DNA of 64,000 bases. It comes from Candidatus Saccharicenans sp. GTDB lineage: Bacteria > Acidobacteriota > Aminicenantia > Aminicenantales > Saccharicenantaceae. Positions 39,347-50,413 of the stretch are shown here, piece by piece. Within the stretch, counting starts at the first letter, position 1. Every line of letters starts with the position of its first letter. The stretch covers positions 221,096 to 285,095 of the forward strand of contig JBNARJ010000001.1 of the NCBI GenBank assembly GCA_049719515.1, written 5' to 3'. A program made the position numbers and the translations under genes. Below the pieces are notes generated by a model. It searched no databases. It worked only from the letters and a program-made list of their open reading frames with translations, and was not told where the DNA came from.

Positions 39347-41235
39347 ATTCTTAATTTCTTGATTTCTTTTAAGATGGATATGAATTTCTCATCATCACCG
39401 CCGGTGTAGGCTGCATCCAGTTGACTCAGCCACCGGGCCAGTACCCAGGCCTGCTCGGAGCTCAGCCCCTGAGTGATGCTTCCTGGTTTTCGGACCAGCC
39501 CGGGGTAAAGGTCTCCGTAAAGTCCACCCGACAGGCTCGCCTCACCCGATTGAAAAAGCTTCTGGTTGACAAGAGAAAAATAATGGTCGCGCAGGCTGAT
39601 AAATTGAAGAAGGCAGCCCACTTCCAGCAGATATTGCTTGTCGCTTCCGGTAGAAGATTGAAGGGTAACTCTGAATTCTTCCGGCATGGAGAAAGGCAAA
39701 ACCTCAGTCATGGCCTGGATTAATCTTTCAAACCGCTGGCGCGCCGCCGGGACAACCTCTTCGGTATAAAACTTTGACAGAGCATCAAAGTCAAAAGGCA
39801 ATTTTTTCACCTGACGGTTGTGACCTTCAACCACCAGAACTGGTCTGACGCTGCTGGCCAGGTAAATTTCCTCACGGTCAAAATAGCCGTCATCATCCGT
39901 GTCAAAATACCTGATTTCCCCAACCTTGGGCAATCCGGCCACATAGCCAATCGGCCACCAGCCGCTCTTCGCCCGGAAAAGATGGATTTTCCGGTCAAGC
40001 TCACTGTAATAAAACTCGGGCCAGAGGCCGAGCTTTTCGGCCACTTCCCTTCTGACATTCCATTTCTCCACGTCCGGGCTGCTGGTGGGGGCTTTAAACC
40101 TTTCCCAGCTCCAGCCCAGGCCCTGCTCTTCCTTCACCATTAATGACAGGACTCTGTCTGAAATCGGCAGGTGGTTTTCTTTCCAGCTAAAAAATACATC
40201 CTGTACTTTGAATTCTTTAATTTTTTTATCCACCTCGGCCGGCGAAATGGCCGGTATCTCCTGAGGCGGCCTCCTCAGCGGGAAAAAATTCTTGAATTCT
40301 TCAAGGTCGTATTTCATCTCTCCGCTGATGATCAGCCCCAGGTCGTAGTGATAGGGATTTTCGGCCGAGTTGCCCCGGTCGAGGTCCAGGCTGAATTCAA
40401 GGCTGCCCACCTCCGGCCAGATCAACATCGGGGCAGCCGCGGCAGCATTCTCGTTAACCAGGGATTTTGGCTCGGGCCTTGTTTGCAGGTTAACCCTTAT
40501 TAATTTTTCACTCAAACCGTCGCCATCCAGGTCTAAACTGGCCAGGGGATAAATCGTTTCCGGGACCCAGCCAAGCCTTAGCGGGTCATAACGGTGAAAG
40601 TAATAAGCCTTGTTGCCGGAAAGATTGAATTCAAGGCCGGCCGCAAGCAGGTCAGAAGGCTCATGACATTTTATCATCTCCCCCAGGCCATCATAGTCAA
40701 AGGCCGACCAGCACTTGGCCAGCTGCCCGCGGTCAAAAAATCTTACCTCCATGAAATCTGCCTGACCGTCCTTATTTTCGTCAGCGTAATCAACCATAAC
40801 CTCCACTTTCCCGTCACGGTAAAAATCATACACGTAGCAGTCGTCATGAAAGTCCCCGCCTTTGACCACGCTTCCGTCTTCATCATCATCTATGATCCAC
40901 ATAAGTACTTCCAGCTTCTGGCCGTTCGCATCATTGATTTCAGAAATTTTGACCAGCATGTTTTCCTGCTCAGCCTTTCCTTCTTTCAGCAGCAGCTGTT
41001 CGCCAACTTTAAGCTCGGCCGCCTTTTTCCACCAGCTCTTGTTTTTCAGGCTGGTCATCTGTCCTTTAGGCGTCAGAGCGGTTTGTTTCATCCACCAGGG
41101 GCCCCGGCTTTCTTCACCCGGTTTGAGAGGTTTAAGCTGACTCTTTTCAGCCGTCAATGTGGCTGACAGCCAGAGAACAAATAAAAGGCCCAGCACCCCC
41201 GGCCAGCTTTTGGCAGATATTTTTTTCGCCGTCAT
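39343..41235 (-). CDS. Hypothetical secreted protein (~630 aa) with four DxDxDG calcium-binding-type motifs; no recognisable catalytic family
   Basis: Signal peptide MTAKKISAKSWPGVLGLLFVLWLSATLTA (ATG at 41235; the track start at 41256 is TTG). The motifs are DDDEDGS, DENKDGQAD, DLDGDGLSE and DTDDDGYFD, which resemble FG-GAP/EF-hand-like Ca loops. Convergent with fbp, overlapping it by 4 nt. Confidence 0.6.
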   Translation of the reverse strand: MTAKKISAKSWPGVLGLLFVLWLSATLTAEKSQLKPLKPGEESRGPWWMKQTALTPKGQMTSLKNKSWWKKAAELKVGEQLLLKEGKAEQENMLVKISEINDANGQKLEVLMWIIDDDEDGSVVKGGDFHDDCYVYDFYRDGKVEVMVDYADENKDGQADFMEVRFFDRGQLAKCWSAFDYDGLGEMIKCHEPSDLLAAGLEFNLSGNKAYYFHRYDPLRLGWVPETIYPLASLDLDGDGLSEKLIRVNLQTRPEPKSLVNENAAAAAPMLIWPEVGSLEFSLDLDRGNSAENPYHYDLGLIISGEMKYDLEEFKNFFPLRRPPQEIPAISPAEVDKKIKEFKVQDVFFSWKENHLPISDRVLSLMVKEEQGLGWSWERFKAPTSSPDVEKWNVRREVAEKLGLWPEFYYSELDRKIHLFRAKSGWWPIGYVAGLPKVGEIRYFDTDDDGYFDREEIYLASSVRPVLVVEGHNRQVKKLPFDFDALSKFYTEEVVPAARQRFERLIQAMTEVLPFSMPEEFRVTLQSSTGSDKQYLLEVGCLLQFISLRDHYFSLVNQKLFQSGEASLSGGLYGDLYPGLVRKPGSITQGLSSEQAWVLARWLSQLDAAYTGGDDEKFISILKEIKKLRI

Positions 41236-41368
41236 TTTATTATTCCGGTCCTTCAACCTGAAACTTTTTTTATGCTATTTTATTAATCCATCAATGTCAA
41301 TAAAACCTATCTACCTGAGGCGTTTTATCAGCCCAAAAAAATTGTTATAATCCAGGAGAGGTGCGGTG

Positions 41369-42769
41369 ATGAGTAAAGTTAACCTGAAAGAATTATTCTC
41401 ACTGAAAATTAAGCCTCAATTTGACCCAGATTTCCTGCCGATGGGGCTTTTCCTCGAATGGTACCGGGCCCACGGTTCGGCCCGAACAGAAAAAATCCGC
41501 ATCGCGGTTGAGAGAGAAAATCAGCTTGTTTCGGTCTGGGAAGATTTCATCTTACCCGTTGAGGCCGGCACTCTGCCGCTGACCTGGCTTTACACAGAAA
41601 GGATAATTAAATTCCTGCTCTGGCAGAAAGGCGGCTGGAAAATATATTTCCAGGGACCTGAGCAGATTTTCCGGCTGCTCCAGGAAGCCTACTCCCCTTC
41701 CGGTCAAAGACAGTTTGATGTCAATCTGATGAGCACTGTTTATGAAAAACCTTTTACTGTATGCCATGTCGCAGAAAAAGAATTCCCTTCTTCCAGAGAA
41801 AATCAACTTAAGCTCGGCGGCCACCTGGATGGCTGTCGGCTGGGTTTCGACCTCGGAGCTTCAGATTACAAGATAGCCGCTCTCAAAGATGGAGAAGTAG
41901 TCTACAGCGAGGAAATCCCCTGGCAGCCTCAAGACAAAAGTGACCCGAGCTATCATTATCAACACCTGCAGTCAGGCCTGAAAAAGGCTGCCTCGTATTT
42001 ACCGAAAGTGGAAGCTATCGGCGGCAGTGCGGCTGGCATTTACATCAACAACCAGGTTCGGATTGCCTCGCTTTTCCGCGGTGTGCCGCGTGAAGTTTTT
42101 GAAAAAAAAGTCAAAAACATGTTCATCGAGATGCAAAAAGAATGGCAGGTACCCTTTGAGGTGCTTAACGACGGCGAAGTTACCGCCCTGGCTGGCTACC
42201 TGAGCCTGAACAGTCCGGGCGTGCTGGGAGTGGCCATGGGGTCAAGCGAAGCCGGCGGTTATCTGAACCTCTCCGGTCATCTGCCCGGCTGGCTGGATGA
42301 GCTGGCTTTCGCCCCGGTTGACCTTAACCCGGCAGCGGCCGTTGATGAATGGTCCGGCGACCTGGGAGTCGGTGCCATGTATTTTTCTCAGCAGGCGGTC
42401 AACAAGTTAGCCTTGGCCGCCGGCTTCACCTTTCCGGAAGAGAAAAAATTACCCGACCGTCTTAAAGAAATCCAGGCTCTGGCCGAAAAAGGAGATGACC
42501 GGGCCCGGCAAATCTTTCGAGATATCGGCATCTATTTAGGATATACGGCTCACCTTTATTCACTTTTCTATGATTACCGGGACCTGATGATCCTCGGCCG
42601 GGTGACTTCTGGCCTCGGCGGCGAACTGATCAAACAAGAAGCAGAAAGAGTCCTGGCGGCGGAATTTCCTGACCTCTACCGGCAAATTAAAATCCAGCTG
42701 ACAGACGAAAAAATCCGCCGGGTCGGCCAGGCGGTGGCGGCCGCTACCTTGCCTGAAATTAAAAAGTAA
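41369..42769 (+). CDS. ASKHA-superfamily sugar kinase-like protein (ROK/BadF-type ATPase core) with ~150-aa uncharacterised N-terminal extension
   Basis: GFDLGASDYKIAAL is a phosphate-1 motif; later glycine-rich segments (GGSAAGIY, ALAGYL..GVLGVAMGS) are consistent with an actin-like ATPase kinase. The first 150 aa have no family I recognise. AGGAGAGG RBS before the ATG at 41369. Confidence 0.55.
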   Translation: MSKVNLKELFSLKIKPQFDPDFLPMGLFLEWYRAHGSARTEKIRIAVERENQLVSVWEDFILPVEAGTLPLTWLYTERIIKFLLWQKGGWKIYFQGPEQIFRLLQEAYSPSGQRQFDVNLMSTVYEKPFTVCHVAEKEFPSSRENQLKLGGHLDGCRLGFDLGASDYKIAALKDGEVVYSEEIPWQPQDKSDPSYHYQHLQSGLKKAASYLPKVEAIGGSAAGIYINNQVRIASLFRGVPREVFEKKVKNMFIEMQKEWQVPFEVLNDGEVTALAGYLSLNSPGVLGVAMGSSEAGGYLNLSGHLPGWLDELAFAPVDLNPAAAVDEWSGDLGVGAMYFSQQAVNKLALAAGFTFPEEKKLPDRLKEIQALAEKGDDRARQIFRDIGIYLGYTAHLYSLFYDYRDLMILGRVTSGLGGELIKQEAERVLAAEFPDLYRQIKIQLTDEKIRRVGQAVAAATLPEIKK

Positions 42770-42825
42770 TAAACTTGATTAATACTCCTTTTGATTCCAT
42801 ATAACCCTGATAAAAGGAGATAAAA

Positions 42826-43608
42826 ATGGAAATCATCATCCAGCCTGACAGCGAAAAAGCCAGTCTGCTGGCCGCCCGGTTAATAAAAAAGTTAATTCAG
42901 GAAAAATCTCAACCGGTCATAGGTTTTGCCACGGGCAACACTCCTCTTTTGCTCTACAAAAACCTGGTCCGCCTTCACCGGGAAGAAGGCCTGGATTTCA
43001 GCCGGGTCATAGCCTTCAACCTCGATGAATACGTTGGTCTGTCCCCTGACCACCCCGCTTCTTTCCATCACTACATGTGGAAAAATCTGTTCAGCCAGGT
43101 AAACATCAGGCCAGAAAATGTGCACATTCCTGATGGGTTGGCCCCGGACATTCCAGCTTACTGCGAGCAATATGAACAAGAAATAAAAGCCGCCGGCGGG
43201 CTTGACCTTCAGATTCTGGGCATCGGCACGGACGGGCACATCGGGTTCAATGAGCCTTCTTCTTCCCTGGCTTCGCGTACCAGAATAAAAACCCTGACCG
43301 ACCAGACGCGCAAAGATAACGCCGTGTTTTTCGGCGGGGAAGAAAACGTCCCCTTTCACGCCATCACCATGGGCATTGGCACCATTCTCGAGGCCAGAAC
43401 CTGCCTGCTTCTGGCTTTCGGCAAGAAAAAAGCCAGGGCGATAGCCATGGCGGTTGAAGGCCCGGTGACCAGCATGGTGCCTGCCTCGGCCCTGCAGCTT
43501 CATCCGAGAGCTATTTTCCTTCTCGACCGCGATGCGGCTTCCGAACTGAAACACGTTGATTATTACCAGTGGGTTTACGAGCACAAACCGGACTGGCAGA
43601 AAATATAA
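42826..43608 (+). CDS. nagB: Glucosamine-6-phosphate deaminase
   Basis: 260 aa. IGFATGNTP, FNLDEYVGL and GIGTDGHIGFNEP are canonical NagB motifs. Confidence 0.9.
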   Translation: MEIIIQPDSEKASLLAARLIKKLIQEKSQPVIGFATGNTPLLLYKNLVRLHREEGLDFSRVIAFNLDEYVGLSPDHPASFHHYMWKNLFSQVNIRPENVHIPDGLAPDIPAYCEQYEQEIKAAGGLDLQILGIGTDGHIGFNEPSSSLASRTRIKTLTDQTRKDNAVFFGGEENVPFHAITMGIGTILEARTCLLLAFGKKKARAIAMAVEGPVTSMVPASALQLHPRAIFLLDRDAASELKHVDYYQWVYEHKPDWQKI

Positions 43609-43637
43609 TCAGTCATATTTCTGTCACACAATTGCTT

Positions 43638-43667
43638 TTGACTTGTTTTTCGCCCTTGTGGTATAAA
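43638..43667 (+). promoter_or_regulatory. Putative sigma70 promoter (TTGACT, 18 nt spacer, TGgTATAAA extended -10) upstream of the symporter gene
   Basis: TTGACT tgtttttcgcccttgtgg TATAAA, 45 nt upstream of the 43713 ATG. Confidence 0.35.
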
Positions 43668-43712
43668 AACTCAACTGAATTATTCCGGTAAAAAAGGATA
43701 AAGGATTGGAAG

Positions 43713-45494
43713 ATGCACCTGACAACGCTTGACTGGTTAATTGTAGTTATTTCGATAACTATTTGTTTTATTCCGCCGGTCGTGCTCAGCCGCCGAGCCG
43801 GCAAAAACACCGCAGAATTCTTCACTTCCGGGCGGGCCGCACCCTGGTGGCTCATCGGCATCTCCATGGTGGCCACCACTTTCAGCACGGATACTCCCAA
43901 CCTGGTGACCAACATCGTGCGCAACAACGGCGTGGCCGGCAACTGGGCCTGGTGGGCTTTCCTGCTGACGGGCATGATGACGGTTTTCTTCTTCGCCCGT
44001 CTCTGGAGAAGGTCTCAGGTGCTGACTGACCTGGAATTTTACGAGCTTCGCTACTCGGGAAAGCCAGCTTCTTTTGTCCGCGGCTTTCGGGCTGTTTACC
44101 TGGGATTATTTTTTAACTGCGTGATCATGGCTTCGGTTAACCTGGCGGCCGCTAAAATTGCCAACGTCATCCTGGGCTGGCCGATGTCCCGAACTCTCCT
44201 AATCTGCAGCATTATCAACATAATATTCGCCGCGACGGCCGGACTGTGGGGTGTTCTGGTGGTGGACCTCATCCAGTTCGGCATTGCCATGACGGGAGCC
44301 TTTTCGGCCGCTGTCTTCGCCCTGAAACAGCCAGAAGTTGGCGGTCTTTCCGGTCTGTTCCATAAACTTGACCCCAAGGTTCTTGGCTTCCTGCCAGATT
44401 TCGGCAACTGGACTGTTGCTCTGTCGGTCTTCATCATTCCGGTTTTTATCCAGTGGTGGTCAGTCTGGTACCCGGGAGCCGAACCGGGCGGCGGAAGCTA
44501 CATCGCCCAGAGGATGCTGGCCGCCAAGAGTGAAAAAGACGCTCTGGCCGGCACGCTTTTCTTTAACTTTGCCCATTATGCTTTAAGACCATGGCCCTGG
44601 ATTTTAGTTGCTCTGTGCTCATTTATCATCTACCCCAACCTTTCTGACATACAGAAAGCTTTTCCCAACGTTGACCCGCGGTTGATAAATCATGACATGG
44701 CTTATCCCGCTATGCTCAAGTTTTTGCCGGTTGGTTTCCTGGGGTTGATGGTGGCCGGCATGCTGGCCGCCTATGTCTCCACGCTGGTAACACACCTGAA
44801 CTGGGGCAGCTCCTACCTTATCCATGATTTGTACCGTCGCTTCATAAAACCCGGTCAGGATGAAAAACATTATGTGGCGGCCGGAAGGGTGATGACCGTC
44901 GTTCTGATGATACTGGCCAGTTTGCTGACTTTTGTCCTGGAATCGGCCAAGGCCAGCTTTGACCTGATGCTGTCCATTGGTGCCGGTACGGGGCTGATTT
45001 ATCTGCTGCGCTGGTTCTGGTGGCGCATCAATGCCTGGTCAGAAATTGCCGCCATGGCCAGCTCTTTTAGCGTGGCCGTCTATTTCTTCATCCGCGGGAA
45101 GACCGGCCACCCCACCCCGCAGCATATTTCCTTGCTCGTAACGATTGCTTTTACCACTGTGGTCTGGTTAGCCGTGACCTATTTAACGAAGCCCGTCGAA
45201 AAAGAAAAACTGATTTCTTTTTACCGACTGGTAAGGCCGGCCGGCCCGGGCTGGAAAAAAATAAGAGAAGAAGCCGCTCTGGGTCCCTCTCCTGACAGCC
45301 TGACCATGTCCCTTCTGGGTTGGGTTTCCGGCTGCCTGTTTGTTTACTCAGCCCTGTTCGGAGCCGGTGCTTTTATTTATGGCCGAATTTCACTCGGCAT
45401 CTTCTGGAGTGTCCTGCTGATAATAAGCGGCGTCATCCTGGTGAAAATCATCAGCCAGATCTGGAGCGGAAGCCAGGCACCGGCAAACGGCTGA
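43713..45494 (+). CDS. Sodium:solute symporter family (SSS) transporter
   Basis: 593 aa with ~13 TM helices. N-terminal region (EFFTSGRAAPWWLIGISMVATTFSTDTPNLVTN) is typical of the SSS/SLC5 family. Confidence 0.85.
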   Translation: MHLTTLDWLIVVISITICFIPPVVLSRRAGKNTAEFFTSGRAAPWWLIGISMVATTFSTDTPNLVTNIVRNNGVAGNWAWWAFLLTGMMTVFFFARLWRRSQVLTDLEFYELRYSGKPASFVRGFRAVYLGLFFNCVIMASVNLAAAKIANVILGWPMSRTLLICSIINIIFAATAGLWGVLVVDLIQFGIAMTGAFSAAVFALKQPEVGGLSGLFHKLDPKVLGFLPDFGNWTVALSVFIIPVFIQWWSVWYPGAEPGGGSYIAQRMLAAKSEKDALAGTLFFNFAHYALRPWPWILVALCSFIIYPNLSDIQKAFPNVDPRLINHDMAYPAMLKFLPVGFLGLMVAGMLAAYVSTLVTHLNWGSSYLIHDLYRRFIKPGQDEKHYVAAGRVMTVVLMILASLLTFVLESAKASFDLMLSIGAGTGLIYLLRWFWWRINAWSEIAAMASSFSVAVYFFIRGKTGHPTPQHISLLVTIAFTTVVWLAVTYLTKPVEKEKLISFYRLVRPAGPGWKKIREEAALGPSPDSLTMSLLGWVSGCLFVYSALFGAGAFIYGRISLGIFWSVLLIISGVILVKIISQIWSGSQAPANG

Positions 45495-45531
45495 GTTCGG
45501 CCTGGCTTAAATTTAGCCGGAGGATAAGAGC

Positions 45532-47052
45532 ATGTATGCCATCGGCCTTGACTCTGGAACCCAGGGTACAAAAGCTCTGGTGGTAGAGATAGATACGGGA
45601 AAGGTCCTCGGCTGGGGATACGGTCGGCATCAAATGGTGGAAGGCCTGAAACCTGGCGAATCAGAGCAACATCCGGAAACCTGGCTCAGGGCGATGGATG
45701 AAGCCATGTCCACTGCTCTGAAAGAAGCAAAGATAAGCCCGGCCGAGGTGGTTTGTCTGGGAATATCCGGACAGCAGCATGGTTTTGTCCCGGTCGATAA
45801 GAATTTCCAACCAATTCGGCCCGCCAAACTCTGGAACGATACTTCCACCGTGGCTGAAACAGAAGAAATTCTTTCCGCGCTCGGCGGGAAAAAAGCATTC
45901 ATCGAAAAATTAGGCCTCAGCCTGGCACCCGGCTACACCGCTTCCAAGATTCTGTGGCTGAAAAAGAATGAACCGGAAAATTATGCCCGGCTGGCTTATG
46001 TGCTTCTTCCTCACAATTACCTTAATCTTTATTTCACCGGCCGACCGCACATGGAATATGGAGATGCCTCGGGCACCGGTCTGATGGAGATAAGGAAAAG
46101 AACCTGGCACGAAGAAGTAATCAAGGTCATAGACCCGCAGCTTGTAGAAAAATTACCGCCGCTTTCTCATCCGGCAGAACCGGTCGGCTGGATAAAATCG
46201 CGGGTGGCCGAAAAGTATGGTTTTTCTCGCCTGCTCGTTTCCAGCGGTGGCGGAGATAACATGATGGCCGCCATAGGAACTGGTAATGTCAGCGACGGCA
46301 CCTGCACGGTTAGCCTGGGCACATCCGGCACAATTTTTTCCTACTCTTCCGAGCCTTTTCTTGACCCCGAAGGAGAGATAGCTGCTTTCTGCGACAGCAC
46401 GGGCGGCTGGCTTCCGCTGCTCTGCACGATGAACGTCACCAACACGACCGAGCAACTTAAGAACCTGCTCGGGTTGGACAACCAGGCACTGGAAAAAATG
46501 GTTGAGAGCTCCACCCCCGGAGCGAGAGGTTTGCTCTTCTTGCCATTTATAAATGGGGAAAGAGTGCCGGTCTTGCCGGAGGCTTCGGGAGTTTTCTTTG
46601 GACTCACCCATCATAATTTCACTCGAGCCGACCTGGCTCGGGCCGTTATGGAAGGAACCATCCTCAACCTGGGCTATGGCTTTTCCCGGATGAAAGCCCT
46701 CGGCCTGAAACCAAAGGAATTAAGAGCGACCGGCGGCGGAGCCAGAAGCCAGGTGTGGTTGCAGATTCTTTCAGACGTCCTCAACCTTCCGGTGATTACA
46801 CTGGCTCAGCCTGAATCGGCAGCCTACGGAGCAGCCATTCAGTCCATCTGGTGCTACCTTAACGAAAAAGGTGAGAACGTAAAAATAACCGAGCTGACCT
46901 CCAGGTTCGTGGTAAAAGGTGACCTGGCCGCCACGCCGGACAGTTCTCGGGCCGCTCTGTACCAGGAAATACAAGAACGGTTTAACTCACTGTGGTCAAC
47001 ACTTAAAGAAGAATTTTCCACCCACCGAAAATTCATCCGGGAAAAATTTTAA
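45532..47052 (+). CDS. FGGY-family carbohydrate kinase (xylulokinase-like)
   Basis: MYAIGLDSGTQGTKALVV N-terminal motif; FGGY_N and FGGY_C features (GTSGT, ATGGGARS). 506 aa. Substrate unknown. Confidence 0.85.
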   Translation: MYAIGLDSGTQGTKALVVEIDTGKVLGWGYGRHQMVEGLKPGESEQHPETWLRAMDEAMSTALKEAKISPAEVVCLGISGQQHGFVPVDKNFQPIRPAKLWNDTSTVAETEEILSALGGKKAFIEKLGLSLAPGYTASKILWLKKNEPENYARLAYVLLPHNYLNLYFTGRPHMEYGDASGTGLMEIRKRTWHEEVIKVIDPQLVEKLPPLSHPAEPVGWIKSRVAEKYGFSRLLVSSGGGDNMMAAIGTGNVSDGTCTVSLGTSGTIFSYSSEPFLDPEGEIAAFCDSTGGWLPLLCTMNVTNTTEQLKNLLGLDNQALEKMVESSTPGARGLLFLPFINGERVPVLPEASGVFFGLTHHNFTRADLARAVMEGTILNLGYGFSRMKALGLKPKELRATGGGARSQVWLQILSDVLNLPVITLAQPESAAYGAAIQSIWCYLNEKGENVKITELTSRFVVKGDLAATPDSSRAALYQEIQERFNSLWSTLKEEFSTHRKFIREKF

Positions 47053-47069
47053 ACATTGGAACGCGGCGG

Positions 47070-48635
47070 TCAGTGTTTGTGCAAATCTTTATGCATAATC
47101 CTTCTGGCCAGAAGCAACCGGTTGTCGGAAGAAAGAGAAGCCAGCTGCTGCTGGAGATTTTCGTCATTTTCCCGGTTGAGCATGTTGGCCACGTAATCTA
47201 TGATGCTGGGCGGGAAGACTTCATCCCTCTCGTATAAATTCCGCTTTTTGAGCAAGATTCTGGCTGAAGCCTGACAGCTGCCTGGCAAATCTTCCAGCTT
47301 TTGAAGAAGATTCGGGTCAGCAAAAATGTTGCCGCTCACATAAAGCTTGCCGGCTAACTCCAAAGCTTCCTGTCCGGCAACGCCGGCCGTGTTTTTATTC
47401 AAAGCCCAGTCTGCCGCCATAAGAATTCCGGCCAGCATCAAGTGGACCAGGGCGCTGCCATCAGCCGTCCTTATCTCAACCGTCTGCTTTCCTTCTTCTC
47501 GGGCATAAAGCTCTGTTTCCTGCCGGTTAACCAGTCGAGCCAGGTCGCTCAGCCTGGACCAGCCAAGAGGCACTCGGATCATGGCACTGCGGTTAAGGTC
47601 GCTCCAGCAGATTTTGGTTGGCGCTTCCTGGTGAGGCACCAGCCTTAAGTAAGAAGCAGCCACAGTATTGCCAAAGGCTGTCAGCGAATCAGCGTACCGG
47701 CACAGCCCGCCGATGAGTTTCCTGGCTTCTTCGCTCAGCTGACCGTCGGGGGTGGTCATCACGTTCCTGCCTTCTCTCTTTAATTCCAGGTGAAAATGAA
47801 GACCGCTTCCGGCCACACCCTCTTCAATTTTGGGGGTGAAAGTGGCCACCATCCCGTGACGGTAAGCCACGTTCCTGATGAGCCATTTAGCCAGCACCAG
47901 GTGGTCTGCCGCATCTTCCACCGGCTCGGGCAGAAATTCTATTTCCAATTGTTCGGCCATTTTGCCATGAATTTCTTCCTTTTCGCTTTCCACTCTTTCA
48001 ACAAAACCAACTTCGCTGTGGGCGTATTTGACCGCACCGGTAATCTGAGAAACCAGCCTGACCATCTCATCGAGCACCGGCCCGCTTTTCAGGAAGGGCG
48101 ATGAAGCATGGTAACCGCGCTGCCGGGATAGCTGGTAAACGGGTTTTTCCTGGTCGCTTAAAAGATAAAATTCAAGCTCACCAAGGGTGTAAAGCTCCAG
48201 GCCGGAGTGCTCAGAAAAGTGCTGCCGGGCTCGGGCCAGAATATTATCGAGAGTAAAATTAACCGGCTGTCCGTCTTTGCCCAGAAAACGGCACATAAAA
48301 TCGAGGCTTTTATTGTTAAACGGGTTGAGGAAGGCAGAACGGTAAACCGGAACCACATACAGGTCAGAAAGCCCGGCATCCACCAGTCCCCTGTACAGAG
48401 AAGAACCGTCCACCCTCTCACCTTCAGCCAGGATGCTCTCGGCCTGCCCCCGGCTGGTCACCGGTATTTTCAGGTCCTTAATCTGTCCGTCAAGGCCGAG
48501 GTAATGAAAGGTGATCATTTCAATTTGCTGCTGCTCAATTAGCCTTAAGAAATCCTGTCTCTGAAAATCTTCCTTTTCTTTATCCAGCATAAGAGAAATG
48601 GGATTGGCCAAAGAGAATCTCTTTCTTTCTTCCAT
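47070..48635 (-). CDS. Glutamine synthetase-family protein (GS catalytic domain; possibly gamma-glutamyl-amine ligase)
   Basis: GS beta-grasp N-domain (VDGSS, SDLYVVPVYRSAFLNPF) and the GS catalytic region (ELEFYLL, GSGLHFHLEL, RLVPHQEAP). ATG at 48635 has a GAGGGAGAA RBS; the track start at 48650 is TTG. Confidence 0.7.
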   Translation of the reverse strand: MEERKRFSLANPISLMLDKEKEDFQRQDFLRLIEQQQIEMITFHYLGLDGQIKDLKIPVTSRGQAESILAEGERVDGSSLYRGLVDAGLSDLYVVPVYRSAFLNPFNNKSLDFMCRFLGKDGQPVNFTLDNILARARQHFSEHSGLELYTLGELEFYLLSDQEKPVYQLSRQRGYHASSPFLKSGPVLDEMVRLVSQITGAVKYAHSEVGFVERVESEKEEIHGKMAEQLEIEFLPEPVEDAADHLVLAKWLIRNVAYRHGMVATFTPKIEEGVAGSGLHFHLELKREGRNVMTTPDGQLSEEARKLIGGLCRYADSLTAFGNTVAASYLRLVPHQEAPTKICWSDLNRSAMIRVPLGWSRLSDLARLVNRQETELYAREEGKQTVEIRTADGSALVHLMLAGILMAADWALNKNTAGVAGQEALELAGKLYVSGNIFADPNLLQKLEDLPGSCQASARILLKKRNLYERDEVFPPSIIDYVANMLNRENDENLQQQLASLSSDNRLLLARRIMHKDLHKH

Positions 48636-48725
48636 CTGTTTCTCCCTCAAATCATTCTTTAAAAAAGAGTTATAATTTTACCCGAAACCCGGAGCTCCGG
48701 GCAAGGATTAATGAGCCCGAGCCGT

Positions 48726-50099
<1,374 letters not shown>

Positions 50100-50413
50100 T
50101 TTAAGCTCACCGCCTCTGAATTTTAATTTTTCCGGCTATCAATAATCTTTTATCAAAATTGATAACCGAAATCATTATATGGCAATTTTAGCTTCTAAAG
50201 GAAATATTTTCGCAGGTCCCGGCGGCAGGAAAATTTTAGCCGTGGAGGCTGTAAAAGCAAAACCTCAGCGTTGATTGATATTGATTTAAAATGGTCTGCT
50301 CCCTTCTGCGATATTATCCAAAAAGGCTCAGCCCTGGCTTGATATAAAGGGAAAGGCCGAATAAAATCATAAGAGCAACCTGTATGATTTATTTGAGTTA
50401 AAGGAAATTGATT

